Shown one piece after another: positions 37,121 through 49,695 of a stretch of 64,000 nucleotides of DNA (its first letter is position 1; every line of letters begins with the position of its first letter). A program made the translations under genes and the position numbers. Origin of the DNA: Mobula hypostoma (Eukaryota); contig NC_086097.1 in assembly GCF_963921235.1 (NCBI RefSeq), positions 22,818,001 to 22,882,000 on the forward strand. Direction: 5' to 3'. The notes under the pieces were generated by a model that was not told the DNA's origin, did not search any database, and saw only the letters and a program-made list of their open reading frames with translations.

Positions 37121-37571
37121 TACAAAAAATAATATTTACAATGCAAATACGGACAACTTGGCTCAGTCAATTAGTGGTGCACACTGGGCTCCATCCACCC
37201 CACTTTCTTTAGCCCCCACCAGTGCTTCCCTGGTGAAAGTGTTAGCGGAATGAATGATTGACTCTCGACAATGTTTAAAGGGATAGCTTGAAATTGATTT
37301 TCACTTGTTCAGCATGCTTGTGAATTGCAGGAGATGTAAGCCTAGATTCCCAAAACTCATGTTCTGTTTGTTGGAATTCAGCGTGCTGTCAGATCAACTA
37401 TTTCATTGCCCACGTAGATGGCTGTTATATGCATCAGCAGGTTAGCTGCATGCTGCTTGTTCACATTGATTCATTTTTATGTGTTTAATGCTGCATTTTC
37501 ACAAACAATGAGAAAATTCTGAGTTTATAAGATTTACCTTGTTTTTTAAATGGAGTCAGTAATCTAAAAGG

Positions 37572-37890
37572 TGGGGCGGAGAGCACAATGCGAGGATATG
37601 GAGCTGGGGTGAAGGGATTTTGCTGGCTGCTTGCTCTGCAGAGTCTACTCTCTCCTTGGCATTACAGGGGCTACAAAGAAAAGAGCTACCAGAACTGCCA
37701 CAGAAGCTGCTGAGAAAACCTCCAGATAGCTATGGATCAAGAGGTGTGACCCATGAACCAATGCTGCTGGGATCTGACCAACCTTGGCTGGGTCGCCGGG
37801 GTGAGGGTGTCTGATGTTGAAAGACCGGAAACACCTGATGACCCCGGGATACATCACTGATGATGTGTCCCAGCGCATCTTAGGATGTAT
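37572..37890 (+). mobile_element. HERO-clade (restriction-like endonuclease) LINE 3' end
   Basis: RAQCEDMELG*RDFAGCLLCRVYSLLGITGATKKRATRTATEAAEKTSR*LWIKR, matching the EVGCRGF...AAERASRWLW motif; 3' UTR ggctgggtcgcc...gaaacacc...catcactgatgatgtgtcc. Confidence 0.75.
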
Positions 37891-37916
37891 CTCAGCATTG
37901 TAAATATGAAGGATAG

Positions 37917-38355
37917 TGTCATAGAGCAATACAACACAAAAAAAACAGGACCTTCAGCCCATCTAGTCTTTGCTGAACTCTTATTCTGCCTAGTCCCATC
38001 AACCAGCACCTGGACCATACCGTGCCCATACATGTACCTATCCAAATTTCTTTCAAATGTTGAAGTTGTGCGCCCCCCCCCATCCACCACTTCTGCTGGC
38101 AACTCACTCCACACTCGTTCTCTCTCATGTTCCCCTTAAACATTTCACCTGTCACCCTTAGCCCACGACCTCTAGTTCTAGTCTCATTCAAGCTCAGTGA
38201 AAAAAGCCTGCTAGCATTTAGCCTATCTATACCTCTCATAAGTTTGTGTACGTCTACCTAATCTCCCCTCTTTCTTCTGTGCTCCAGACTTTCCCTAAAA
38301 CTCAGGTTCTTAAGTCCTGGCAACATCCCTGTAAATTATCTCTACTCTTTCAATC
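37917..38355 (-). mobile_element. CR1-type LINE 3' fragment
   Basis: MRGIDRLNASRLFSL..ETRTRGRGLRVTGEMF. Confidence 0.85.
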
Positions 38356-38889
38356 ATTCAAGGCAGTTTCTGTTTAGGATTGAGAGAAAGTGACAGCATT
38401 GTCATATAGTGGTTCACTAACGCAGAGTATTGTGGGTTGTGGGAATCTGAAATTAAATCTAACAATGCTAGTAACATCAAGTGAAGAGAGAAACATAATT
38501 CTGGTTCAACAGCCACGAGGTAATGTTGCAGCTCTATAAAACTGTGGTTAGACCACATTTGGAGTATTGTGGTTCTGGTCATCTCATAACAGGAAGGATA
38601 TGAAAGCTTTAGAGAGGGTGCAGGGGAAATTTATTAGGATACTGCCTGGATTTGAGAGCAACCCTTATGAGGTTAGCTGAGTGAGTTAAGGCTTTTCCTT
38701 TAGGACTGAAGGAGGAAGAGAGGTGACCTCATAGAGGAGTACAAGATGATAAGTGGACAACCAGACACTTTCCCCGGAGGGCAGAAATGTCTGACACAAG
38801 GGGGCATAATTTTAAGGTGATTGGGGGGAAGTATAGGTAACAAATTAACGCTTCTTAGGCTTCCAACTGGGTACAGGTATCCATTTTAA

Positions 38890-38931
38890 CTTATGTTTCG
38901 ATGACAAACTCTGCCATCTTCATCAGGGATG
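38890..38931 (-). ncRNA. Hammerhead ribozyme motif (Penelope family B), decayed at stems I/III
   Basis: Minus strand CTGATGA-a-GATGGCA-gagtt-TGTCATC-GAAAC with an intact 7-bp stem II. Confidence 0.7.
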
Positions 38932-38957
38932 ATGGTTGGCCATCATGTCTAGTCCAT

Positions 38958-39268
38958 GTGGACATGTGGCCAAATGGTTAAGGCATTGGACTAGCTACCT
39001 GAAGGTCGTGAGTTCGAGCCCCAGCCGAGGGAACGTGTTGTGTCCTTGAGCAAGGCACTCAATCACACATTGCTCTGCGACGACACCGGGTGCCAAGCTG
39101 AATGGGTCCGAATGCCCTTCCCTTGGACAACATTGGTGTCGTGGAGAGGGGAGACTTGCAGCATGGGCAACTGCTGGTCTTCCATACAAACTTGCCCAGG
39201 CCTGCGCCCTGGAGAGTGAAGACTTTCCAGGCGCAGATCCATGGTCTCGCAAGACTAATGGATGCCTT
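38958..39268 (+). mobile_element. Young tRNA-derived SINE inserted in the Penelope family B copy
   Basis: A box TGGCCAAATGG, B box GAGTTCGAGCC, gtgtccttgagcaaggcact core; CpGs retained. Confidence 0.85.
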
Positions 39269-39949
39269 GAGCCTGGTGGTATTTATACCCCGTCGTCTGT
39301 CCCTCCTGATTGATTGGTCTGCATCCAATCAGGTTTCTGCTGTCCTACCTTGTTTACAATGAGATTTCAGTTCTTACTTAGAGCAAGACCTCCTGTCCGT
39401 GTTAAAATTTTTTCCCCTAGTTTTATTTAAATAGCTTCCTTCACCAAGCAGTCCCAAAATCAATGTCTGTACCCGGCTAGAAGCCTGAGAAGATTTTATT
39501 CGTCATATACGCCGGGAAAGCACTAGATCTTTTTCAAGTATAGGGTAAATTTCATTGAGATATCAGAGGTAAGTTTTTTTTACTGGGAGAGTGGCAGGTG
39601 AGTGGAACACGCTTTCAGATCTCTCTGTATCCCAGAGCTCCGTAATCACTATTTAGAGAATAAACTATTAATTTTTAGTTTTCCTGTGAGGTGTTATGAC
39701 ACTAATTAATGATAAAAGTGATTAGATTGTATAGTCTGGAGTTGGCTGTGGACGAAACAGCTTCAGAATTCCTTCTGTTGCTTGTTTTACGACACATTCC
39801 ACGATATAAATGGCAGAAATGGAGCAGTAGTTGATGGTACATCACTCCCAGTAATGTGGTTAGGATACGGAATCCTACTGGGGATTTACCGGCTGTTAGC
39901 CTGACCATTTCAATGTAAAAAGGTGATCACATGTTTGTGTTCAATTCAT

Positions 39950-40130
39950 AGCCAGCTGGTGGTATAGTGGCATCAGCACCGGACTTCGAGGTGAATGGCC
40001 GCGGGTGTGAATCCGGCCGGCTCCTTGCACGCTTTCCATCCATGCTGGGTTGAGCATCAAGCTAGCCTTGTAAAAAACAGACAAAATACCAAAGAAATGG
40101 CTAGGTTACTGCCTGATGCACCATAAGGGT
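39950..40130 (+). mobile_element. tRNA-derived SINE
   Basis: A box TGGTATAGTGG, decayed B box GGTGTGAATCC; body shared with 14340-14488. Confidence 0.75.
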
Positions 40131-40185
40131 AACAATTCATAACAAATAACTGAAAGTGGAAAAAAATAAGCTGCATTTATACTGC

Positions 40186-40894
40186 ATCTGACTTGGGAGT
40201 CCTCGTACAGGATACCCTTAAGGTTAACCTCCAGGTTGAGTCGGTAGTGAAGAAGGCGAATACGATGTTGGCATTCATTTCTGGAGGAATAGAGTATAGG
40301 TGCAGGGATGTGATGTTGAGGCTCTATAAGGTGCTGGTGAGACCTCACTTGGAGTACTGTGGGCAGTTTTGGTCTCCTTATTTAAGAAAGGATGTGCTGA
40401 CATTGGAGAGGGTACAGAGAAGATTCACTAGAACGATTCCAGGAATGACAGAGTTAACATATGAGGAATGTTTGTCTGCTCTTGGACTGTATTCCTTGGA
40501 GTTTAGAAGAATGAGGGGAGAGCTCATAGAAACATTTCAAATGTTGAAAGGCATGGACAGAGTGGATGTGGCAAAGTTGTTTCCCATGATGGGGGAGTCT
40601 AATATGAGAGGGCATAACTTAAGGATTGAAGGACGCCCATTCAGAACAGAAATGCGAAGAAATTTTTTTAGTCAGAGGGTGGTGAATCTGTGGAATTTGT
40701 TGCCACGGGCGGCAGTGGAGGTCAAGTCATTGGGTGTATTTAAGGCAGAGATTGATAGGTATCTGAGTAGCCAGGGTTATGGTGAGAAGGCAGGGGATTG
40801 GAACTAAATGGGAGAATAGATCAGCTCATGATAAAATGGCAGAGCAGACTCGATGGGCCAAATGTCTGACTTCTGCTCCTTTGTCTTATGGTCT
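40186..40894 (+). mobile_element. Young 5'-truncated CR1/HER1 LINE with open ORF2 C-terminus (204 aa)
   Basis: ORF 40193-40807: LYKVLVRPHLEYCGQFWSPYLRKDVLTLERVQRRFTR...NFFSQRVVNLWNLLP; tail tctgctcctttgtcttatggtctt. Confidence 0.95.
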
Positions 40895-42304
40895 TGTCTT
40901 ATTTTAATTAGCATCCACAAAGAGAAAATGCAGAAGAGAGTTTCATTTGCAGACTCGTCAGCATTATCATTATGGTAGACACTTGTGAAAAGAAAGTGTT
41001 TCACGTTCCTGCATTGGCTGTTGCCAGGTATTATGATAGCTACCAACAATCCCCATATATTCAAACATCACTGTGGTTTACTTACTACATTGATCAATTT
41101 GTGCTTGAGACTTTGGGACAAAATGCTAGATGAACTCAGCAATGGGACAGCATCTATGGAGGGGAATAAACAGCTCCCTCTCAGTTAGAGCACGAGACAC
41201 CTCTCAGTCCTGCTGAGTATTGCTGATTGACTCTGTCATCACCTCTCCACTTCCGTCTACCCTTTTAGGAGACTACTAGACAGGCATATGGAGGAATTTA
41301 AGGTGGGGGGTTATATGGGAGGCAGGGTTTGAGGGTCGGCGCAACAATGTGGGCTGAAGGGCCTGTACTGTGCTGTACTATTCTATGTTCTATGTATGTA
41401 CCCCTGGTGACCCTCATGAACTCAGACTTAACAAGTATTTGTCTAACTGCCGAAAATATTCAAAGACTACTTCCACCACTTTGAGAAGAGGAGTTTTGAA
41501 GAATCCTGAACCTCCTGGAGAGAAAAAAATGTTTCACATGTTTTAAATGAGTGACACCTCATTTTTAAATGATGACTTGTCATTCTAACTGGTCACATGA
41601 GGGTAACCTTGTTCGCCCCATGCATTGTCTCATTCTTATAAACCCCATGAGGCATAGGAGTAGAATTAGGCCATTCGGCCCATTAAGTCCTTGCCACCAT
41701 TCCTTCATTGCTGATTTATTATCCCATCAACCCCATTCTACTGCATTCTCCCTGTGAAATATGGATTGGTGCATGGGTGAGAGGGGCATGGAGGGTTATG
41801 GTGTGGGGCAGGTCAATGGGCTAGGCAGATTTATAGTTTGATGTGTCAAAAAGGGCCTATTTCTGTGCTGTAGTGTTCTGCGACTCTATGACTCTATAAT
41901 CTTTTACTACCTTACTAATCGAGAACTTATCAACCTCCACTTTAAATATATTCTATGATCTGTCCTTTGACCTTTCCTCTTAAGACTATCAATCTATAAC
42001 AACTATCAGTCTAATAAATTTCTCTGAATTTTCCAGTGGATAAACATCTTTCTTTGAAAAAGAGGTAACACTGTACACAGTAATGTAGATGTGATCTCTC
42101 CACTGCCATATGTAACTGAAGCACAACCTTGCCTTGAATCCATTTCCCTAGCAACAATATTCTGCTATTTAAAAAAAAATGCTTTACCTGTTTTTCATGA
42201 GTGACTCCATATTCTTAACTTGTGACTCCTAGTTCAAAATTGTCACAGAAGGGGAATCTTGTTATCCACATACATCCTATAAACTCCAGCAGAGTTTGAT
42301 CAAT

Positions 42305-43792
42305 TAATGTATAGAGTACAGGAGTTGGGATGTTACGTTGAAGTTGAAAATGACTTTAGTGAGGCTTAACTTGGAGTATGATGTGCAGTTCTGGTCACCC
42401 ACCTTTGGGAAAGCTGGATAAAATGGATAACGTGCAGAGAAAATGTACAAGGATGTTGCCAGGAGGTGAGGACTTGAGTTTAAGGGAAGGGTTGAATAGC
42501 TTTGAACTTTATTCCCTGGTGCGTAGGAGAAGGAAGAGAGATTTGTTAAGGGGATGCAAAATTATGAAGCGTATAGATAGGGTAAATGCAGACAGGCGTT
42601 TTCCACTGAGCCTTGGGGGAGACAAAAGCCAGTAGTCATAGGTTAAGGGTGAAAATTGATGTATTTAAGGGGAACCCATAAGATCATAGGGAGAAGAATT
42701 AGGCCATTCAGCCCATTGAGTCTGCTCTACCATTCCATCATGGTTGATCCCAGATTCAACTCAATGTCATACACCTGCTTTGTCACCATATCCATTGATG
42801 CCCTGACCAATCAGGAAATTATCAGCTTCTCCCTTAGGTATACTCACAGACTTGGCCTCCGCCACAGTCTGTGGGAGAACATTACACAGATTTACTACTC
42901 TCTGGCTAAAAAAATAAATCCTCCTTACTCTGTTCTAAAAGGTCATCTCTTAATTTTGAGGCTGTGCCCTCTAGTTCTGGGTATCCCTACCATTGGGAAC
43001 ATCCTCCCCACATCCACCTTATCTAATCCTTTCAGCATTCGATAGGATTCAGTGAGATCCCCTTGCATTCTTCTAAATCCCAGTGAGTACAGGCTCAAAG
43101 CTGCCAAATGCTCCCCATAAGGTAACCTCTTTATTGACAGAATCATCTTCGTGAACCTCCTCTGGACTCCCTCAACTGACAACACATCCTTTCTGAGATA
43201 TGGAGCCCGAAACTGTTGTCAATACTCCAAGTATGGCCTGACTAGTATCTTATAAAGCCTCAGTATTATCTCCTTGCTTGTATATTCTATTTCTCTTGAA
43301 ATAAATGCCAACATTGCATTTGGCTTCTTTACCACAGACTCACCCTGTAAATTAACCTTCTGGGAGTCTTGCAGGAGGACTCCTAAGTCCCTTTACACCT
43401 CTGATGTTTGAACCTTCTCCCCATTTTGTAAATAGTCCGCATTATTATTCCTTTTGCCAAAATGCATTATCATACATTTCCCAACACTGTATTCCATCTG
43501 CCACTTTTTTGCCCATTCTTCCAATTTGTCCTAATCCTGTTGCAATCGCATTGCTTCCTCAGCACTACCTACCCTTCCACCTATCTTCGTATCATCCGCA
43601 GCCCGAGGGGAAACTTCTCAGAGGTGGTGCTGCCATGAATTAGGTGTCAATTGCAACGTCGAAGAGAAATTTGGTTGAGTACTTGGATGGAAGGGATGTG
43701 GAGGGCTGTTGTGCAGGTGCATGTTGATGGATCTGGGCTGGACCAGATGGGCCAAAGGACCTGTTTCTGAGCTGTGGAGCTCTGTGACTCTG
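42305..43792. mobile_element. CR1 (plus; 42305-42676 and 43601-43792) with a nested CR1 (minus; 42677-43600)
   Basis: Outer: VQRKCTRMLPG...KRIDRVNADRRFPL; inner: ORF 42943-43185 LSVEGVQRRFTKMI...TRGHSLKI. Confidence 0.88.
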
Positions 43793-44177
43793 TGGACAGA
43801 AGGCCAACATGATCAAACTTTCTTCTTAAGACAGGGGCTCCCAGCCCCTCATTGTGCCATGGACCAATACCATTAGGCAAGGAGTCTGTGGGTCCCAGAT
43901 TGGGAACTCCTGTCTTAAGGCATTCAACCTATTTCAGATTTGATGTGGTATACTGCAACGTGGAAGCAGGTTCACAGGTTTAGTGAGTGAGACAGAAATC
44001 ACTGACTGCGAATAAGCATATTAATCAGTTATTTGCAAACAGTAAAAAAAAATTCGATCGAACACTTAAGTTCCCCCCAAGTTACACAAACTCCAAATTA
44101 AATATTCAACAAACAGATACTTAGTTAAAACACACCTTCCCAATGGTTCTGTGCAGCGTGCCCGAGGGCCAAAGGGA

Positions 44178-44311
44178 GACAAATAAAGCTAAACTCTCTT
44201 TAATTAATAGAAGTAAAAAAACACATTTAACTGTATGCTTCACATGCAGCAAATGATAATAATCTTTTTTTTTTACTTATATTAAATAATGAGAGTTTAG
44301 CTTTATTTGTC
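44178..44311. repeat. Inverted repeat with 21-bp perfect outer arms
   Basis: GACAAATAAAGCTAAACTCTC (44178-44198) and GAGAGTTTAGCTTTATTTGTC (44291-44311), imperfect AT-rich extension inward. Confidence 0.85.
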
Positions 44312-46296
44312 ACATGTGCGTTAAGTATTAAGTACTGGATCTATCCGAATGACAGAACTGATGATAGGTCTGTACAATCAAGTCTTGCCCCTTTTTCTTG
44401 CATAGTACTTTTCTAACCTTCCGGTATTAACAGCTGAAGGCACGGTCATCAATGGATGGGAAAATGAAATGGCACTTAACTTTTCCCCTGCTTGTAAAAT
44501 TCCAAATGCACACAAAATTCAATTCAAGTGACCCTGAGTTAAAAGGCTGTAGACTATATTATTTAGTGCCTGCCACAACACAATGAATGTGGATGAAGTC
44601 AATGGAATTACATTACGGAGAAAGCCTTTTCAGACTGTCTTTTTGGTGACTGTTCACCTGACACGATCTATTTTAATCTAATTTTGCCGTCTCCTCCTCA
44701 AAGATGCCTTTTTTTTTGTCCAGATACAGAACTATGACTGGTAAATCCTCCTTGAATAGTTGAACCGCTAATGGGCATTAATTATGTAATGTAAGGAAAT
44801 ATTTAGGAAAGCAATCTGGAGCTGTCACAATAGATGCACAACCAAATATCGAATCCCACTTTATCCTCTCCACATATATGCCAAACAAAATCCTAAAATT
44901 GACTGTAGTGCTTAGGTAAAGCTCAATGCTATATTTTCTCTTGGGAGCTTCGGTCAATACAATTCAATTAAAGGACTACATGCAACTTTCTGGAGAGCTT
45001 GAGGGAAGTGAAAGGTGATGTGCAGATTTGTTTCTTTTTGCAGCTTTGAGCTTAAAAATAATCAGAGACTTTAGGTAATTAACATCTCAGTTAATGTTCC
45101 GTTTTCATTTCAAAAAACGTACTCTCCCAAGCCATGGAAAAATGCTACATCTCTGGCAAGGTTTGCCTTGTGGGATACAATGTGCATTACCTGCTTTACA
45201 CTGACAGTAGGATCAATGTGATTCCTTCACTGTACGTCAGGCAGAATATGAAAGGCACCATGTTTAAAATATTGTACCAAGCATTACCCATTCATAAATC
45301 TTGTAAAAGCTCTTAGGATCCTAATGCACCATTTTGGAACAAATCCAACATGATATTCTAGATCAGGTAATAAACCTCACAATATCTTAGCTGCACAGGA
45401 TTCTATCCAAAGGGTCAAATATTAAATTATTACATTGTCTGTATTAAAAGATTTTTGAATATTCTGGTCCTTAATGATTACATCAATCCTTAATGTGTTT
45501 CAGATTTTGAGCTTCAGTCCCTTCATTGCCCTGTGAATATCTTTCATGTATTTTTAAATTTTGCTAGAATGATGTGCTTTGAAAAGAGAGCAGAGATGTG
45601 ATTGATTTGAAATGCAGTTTTTATTGATCTATTTTGTTTATGAGTTTAGGCAGCTGAGAGAAATTAATTTAGGGAAAACACTCAACATAAGCCTAATTAA
45701 TACAGTGTAATAATTTCAGATAATTGATACATGCTCTTTGTTTAATTCAGTCACACTGCTGACTGTCATTAGAAAACTGCTAGGATTCTTGCAGCTCTTT
45801 AATATCATCTATCTAGAGTCTCCTTGGAGGGAAGAGAAGTTGGGAGTAAGAGATACGGCAGTTAGTCCTCTTTCTCAATAAACATGGATCTGCTAATTTT
45901 CTGAAATCATTACTTTTAGTGCTCTTAAACCTTACCTCAGTCTAAAAATGTTCTTCATTTGAATTTAATTGGTTTGATATTGTCACATGTACCATGATAC
46001 AGTGAAAAGCTTGCTTTGCGTACTGTTCATACATTTCAGATTGTTACACAGTGCATTGAAGTAGATCAAGGTAAAACAATAACAGTGCTGAATAAAGTGT
46101 AACAGCAAAGGAGAAAAGTAGACAATAAGATGCAAGACCATAACGGGGTAGACTGTGAGGTCAAGAGTCCAATTTATTGTACTAATAACAGTTATTGCAT
46201 TGGCTTTTTATTGAATGCATTTCTAAAGGCAATGCAAGGTATAAAGAAAGAAGGGATCCATGCTTTTGGATTTTGAAACATTCCCGTTTCCAGAAG

Positions 46297-46622
46297 GCCA
46301 TAAGATACTGAATTAGGCTATTTAGCCATCCAGTCTGCTCAGCCATTCGATCATGGAGGATTTATCTCCTCTATCAGTCTCATTCTCTTGCCTCCTCGCT
46401 GTAACTTTTGACTAATCAAGAACGTATGAACCTCCATTTTAAATATACCCAATGACTTGGCCTCCACAGCCATCTGTGACAATGAATTCCACAGATTCAT
46501 CACTCCTTTGCTCAAGAAAAGGGACATTCTTGTATTCTGAGGCTGGTCCTAGACTCCCCCATCATCAAAAAACATTCTCTCTACTTCCATTGTGTCTAAG
46601 CCTTTCAATATTTGGTATTCTG
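46297..46622 (-). mobile_element. CR1/HER1 3' fragment
   Basis: aaatatacccaatgacttggcctccacagcc...gaattccacagattca. Confidence 0.85.
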
Positions 46623-47139
46623 TAAGCATCTTCAGCCATTGCTGTTTCCTATGGTTTGTCAACACATTTTTTTTCATGCATGGAAGAGATTTATCTTCAA
46701 ACTTTATGGAAGATTCAGTTACCAGATCTATTACCATGAAAATCATATTAAATGTTGGTCCTGTCAATCATGTAATCCATTGTGATCCATGCCCTGGACT
46801 GTTTATATGATTTTCACAGATTTGTTTTATAACGGCATTGAGTCATACTCTGGGATCCACTGTGTCACAGAGAACAAGCCAGACCTACGAAAGGAGAGAA
46901 TGAACAAACACAGCCACCACTTAATCCTGCCCACACTGCACCAGAATATGTGGATCCCAGATCCCATATCTACAGCCACATGAGGACCCACCAATAGACA
47001 ACCCCTTAGGAGAACATTATACTCAACTCAAGCGGTTGACCAATTACTGTCACTCTAGGCTTAGACAGAATTTTCCAAGAGTTCTGCCACCAACCACCCT
47101 TCAAGCAGCTTACAAAAAGGGAAATTCTATACTAATATT

Positions 47140-47360
47140 TCAATGAGAGATACAACAGGCCTTTCTGCCTGACGAGCCCATGCTGCCCAATTACCACGTG
47201 ACTTGCTGATCCATACATCTTTGTGATGTGTGAGGAAACCGGAGTACCTGGAGGACTTCTACGTGGTGACGGAGAGAGCGTTGAAACCTCTTACAAACAG
47301 CAGTGGAAGTGAACCCAGGTTGGTTGTGCTGTAACAGTGTTATGTTAACCACTACACTAA
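47140..47360 (-). mobile_element. HE1-like V-SINE
   Basis: gaggaaaccggagtacctggagga reverse core. Confidence 0.75.
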
Positions 47361-47959
47361 TGTAGGACTTTATGAGATTATTGTTTTCATTGATTAAAAT
47401 TGGTCTGTTATGAATGGACACTGAACTGCCTAACTAGATGATTTTAAAGGTGCCACTGGAAATCATTCCAGGATCTTTGAAGGTAGGTGTTCAACATTAT
47501 GTTTTTTGGGACAAGGAAAGTTATAGAATGTACCTTAATTCCTGAAAATCTTCAGAGATGTCTCCATCCTTTTTCCCCAACTTGCACACCAGGATTACCT
47601 CCCTCCCACCAAATGAAGATGTTTGAGCTTCTTGCTGGTTGTATAGAACATACGATCCCATCATTTCTATCCAGTACTTGTGTGGTGCCACTTGCAATGT
47701 TATACATGAGCACTGTAGTTCAATTGATGGCATCTTGTTATTGGATATATCACCAGATCAACCACTGATGATTATGTCCTGTGAATTTGTACTGTACTGT
47801 ACTGCCAAACCTGCTAAGTAATTACCACTTTCCTGTGGATTCCATATTTGAACTTTCACTATTTCCTCTTCTTCCAGTAGAATTTTACCCTCACTCTCTT
47901 TTGACATCTTTATGGTTTATAATCCCACACCAGGTTAGCTTGATGAGAAGTCATTAAAA

Positions 47960-48560
47960 TATAGGGTCGTAAAGAGAGCTTTGAGCGCATTGGTCCTCAT
48001 AAATCAAAGTACTGAGTACAGGAGTTGGCATGTCATGCTGATGTTGTACAAGACTTTGGTGAGGCCTGATATGGAGTATTGTGTGTAGCTCTGGTCACCC
48101 ACATCCAGGAAAGATTGAAAGAATACAGAGAAAATTTTCAAGGATGTTGCCGGGTCTTGAGGATCTGAGTTATAGGAGAGGTTGAATAGGTTAAAATTTT
48201 ATTCCCTGACGTGTAGGAGAATGAAGAGAGATTTGACAGAGGCTCACAATTATGAGGGTTTAATGCATGCAAGCTTTTTCTACCGAGGTTGGTTGACACT
48301 AGAACCAGCAGGTTAAGGTGAAAGGTGAAATATGTAAGGGGAACATGAGGGGGAACTTCACTCCGAGGGTGGTGCGAATGTGGAACAAGCTGCCAAGGGA
48401 AGTGTTGGATGCGGATTTGATTTCAAGTTCTAAGAGAAATTTGGAAAAGTACGTGGACGGGAGGGGTATGTAGGGCAATTTGATGAGAGTAGAAGAATAA
48501 CAATTCAGCACAGACTAGATGGGCCAAAGCGACTTTTTCTGTGCTGTAGTGCTGTATGAC
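47960..48560 (+). mobile_element. CR1-type LINE 3' part
   Basis: EYRSWHVMLMLYKTLVRPDMEYCV...RVVRMWNKLP. Confidence 0.88.
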
Positions 48561-48754
48561 GATGGCATTTTTTTTTCATTGGTAAGCCACAGTGATGAGC
48601 ATTGACCAGCGTTTCAACTTTAAGGACATACGATCAGACCTCGCTTCTATCTTGCCTAATTAATTATGGTCCAAAACATGTGTTTATACTTTGAGCTGTA
48701 GATGGGTATTTAGTGTTCCAGGAGTGAGTACTAGCCATTAATCATGAACATTTT

Positions 48755-49040
48755 AAAGATTAGCTTTATTTGTCACGTGTACATCGAAGCATCAAGGCAT
48801 GAAATGAAATGCATCTTTAGTGTTGAGAATGTGCTGAGGGCAGCTGCAGGTGTCGCCATGATTCTGCACCAGCATAGCATGCCCACAACTTGGTAACCTT
48901 GGCATGTGGGGGGAAACTGGAGCACCCAGAGGAAAACCACACGGTCATGGGGAGAATGTCTGAGCTCCTGACAGACAATGGCAGAAACTGAACTTCGATC
49001 TCATAGCTGGCGCTGCAGAGTGTTATGCTACCCCGCTGCA
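48755..49040 (-). mobile_element. HE1-like V-SINE
   Basis: ggaaactggagcacccagagga...gtcatggggagaa reverse core. Confidence 0.8.
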
Positions 49041-49264
49041 CTTTGTCACCATCTTGCTGCCCTTCTTTACAGGCTGCAGATAATCTTCTTCATGCAGGAA
49101 CACATATTGTGTTTAATCATGGGAAACATTAAACCTTCCGAGGGCTGTGGAAGATCTTGCTTCTGCCCTTCCTTAGCAATTCAATCTAACCCCTTCCTGA
49201 GTTGTAAGGAATTGCTAGTCACTTAAGCAGTTTCACCAAGAATTGAAAGGAAAAGCAAAATATT

Positions 49265-49695
49265 AGATCATAAGAGATAGGAGCAGAATTAGACCATTTG
49301 GCCCAATAAATCTTCTGCACTATTCCATCACAACAGATTAATTATCCTCCTCATCTCTTTTCTAAAGGTACGTCCTTCTACTCAGAGTATGTGCCCTTTG
49401 GTTCTCGACTGTCTGACTAGAGGAAACATTCTTTCCATGTCCACTCTATGAAGGCCTTATGATATTCGATAGGATTCAATGTGAGGCTCTCTCATTCTTT
49501 TAAACTCCAGTGAACAGTGGCCCAGAGCCAATAAACAAATACTCCTCATGCATTAATCCTTTCGTTCCTGGGATGATTTTCATGAACCGTCACTGGACCC
49601 TCTCCAATGACATCACATCCTTTCTTCAATAAGGGGCCCAAAACTTCTCACAGTAGTCTAAATGCAGTCTGACCAGTGCCTAATAAACTCTCAGC
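49265..49695 (-). mobile_element. CR1/HER1 3' fragment
   Basis: cataagagataggagcagaattag tail; ggggcccaaaac...cagtctgaccagtgcc. Confidence 0.8.

Larger units (their letters stand above)
38838..39535 (-). mobile_element. Penelope-like element, family B, with inverted terminal piece and 9-bp TSD
   Basis: Minus-strand LVKEAI*IKLGEKNFNTD..LALSKN; hammerhead at 38890-38931; inverted partial end at 39460-39535; AAGTATAGG at 38829-38837 and 39536-39544. Confidence 0.82.
38490..39620 (+). mobile_element. CR1-type LINE split by a Penelope insertion
   Basis: LQLYKTVVRPHLEYC...TRGHNFKVIGGKYR; resumes at gatatcagaggtaagttt after 39544. Confidence 0.8.

Noticed and set aside
37803..37872. Hammerhead in the HERO-like 3' UTR (GTC, GAAAC and CTGATGA present)
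   Set aside because: Motifs are in the wrong order and no stem II forms between CTGATGA and GAAAC
38960..39030. tRNA gene
   Set aside because: A and B boxes present but no full cloverleaf; continues into a SINE body
40193..40807. Longest ORF (204 aa) as a host gene
   Set aside because: It is the C-terminus of CR1 ORF2 and is followed by the LINE tail
46720..47060. Gypsy integrase C-terminal remnant (ILNVGPVNHVI...PLRRT)
   Set aside because: Similarity too weak; no LTR or PPT found
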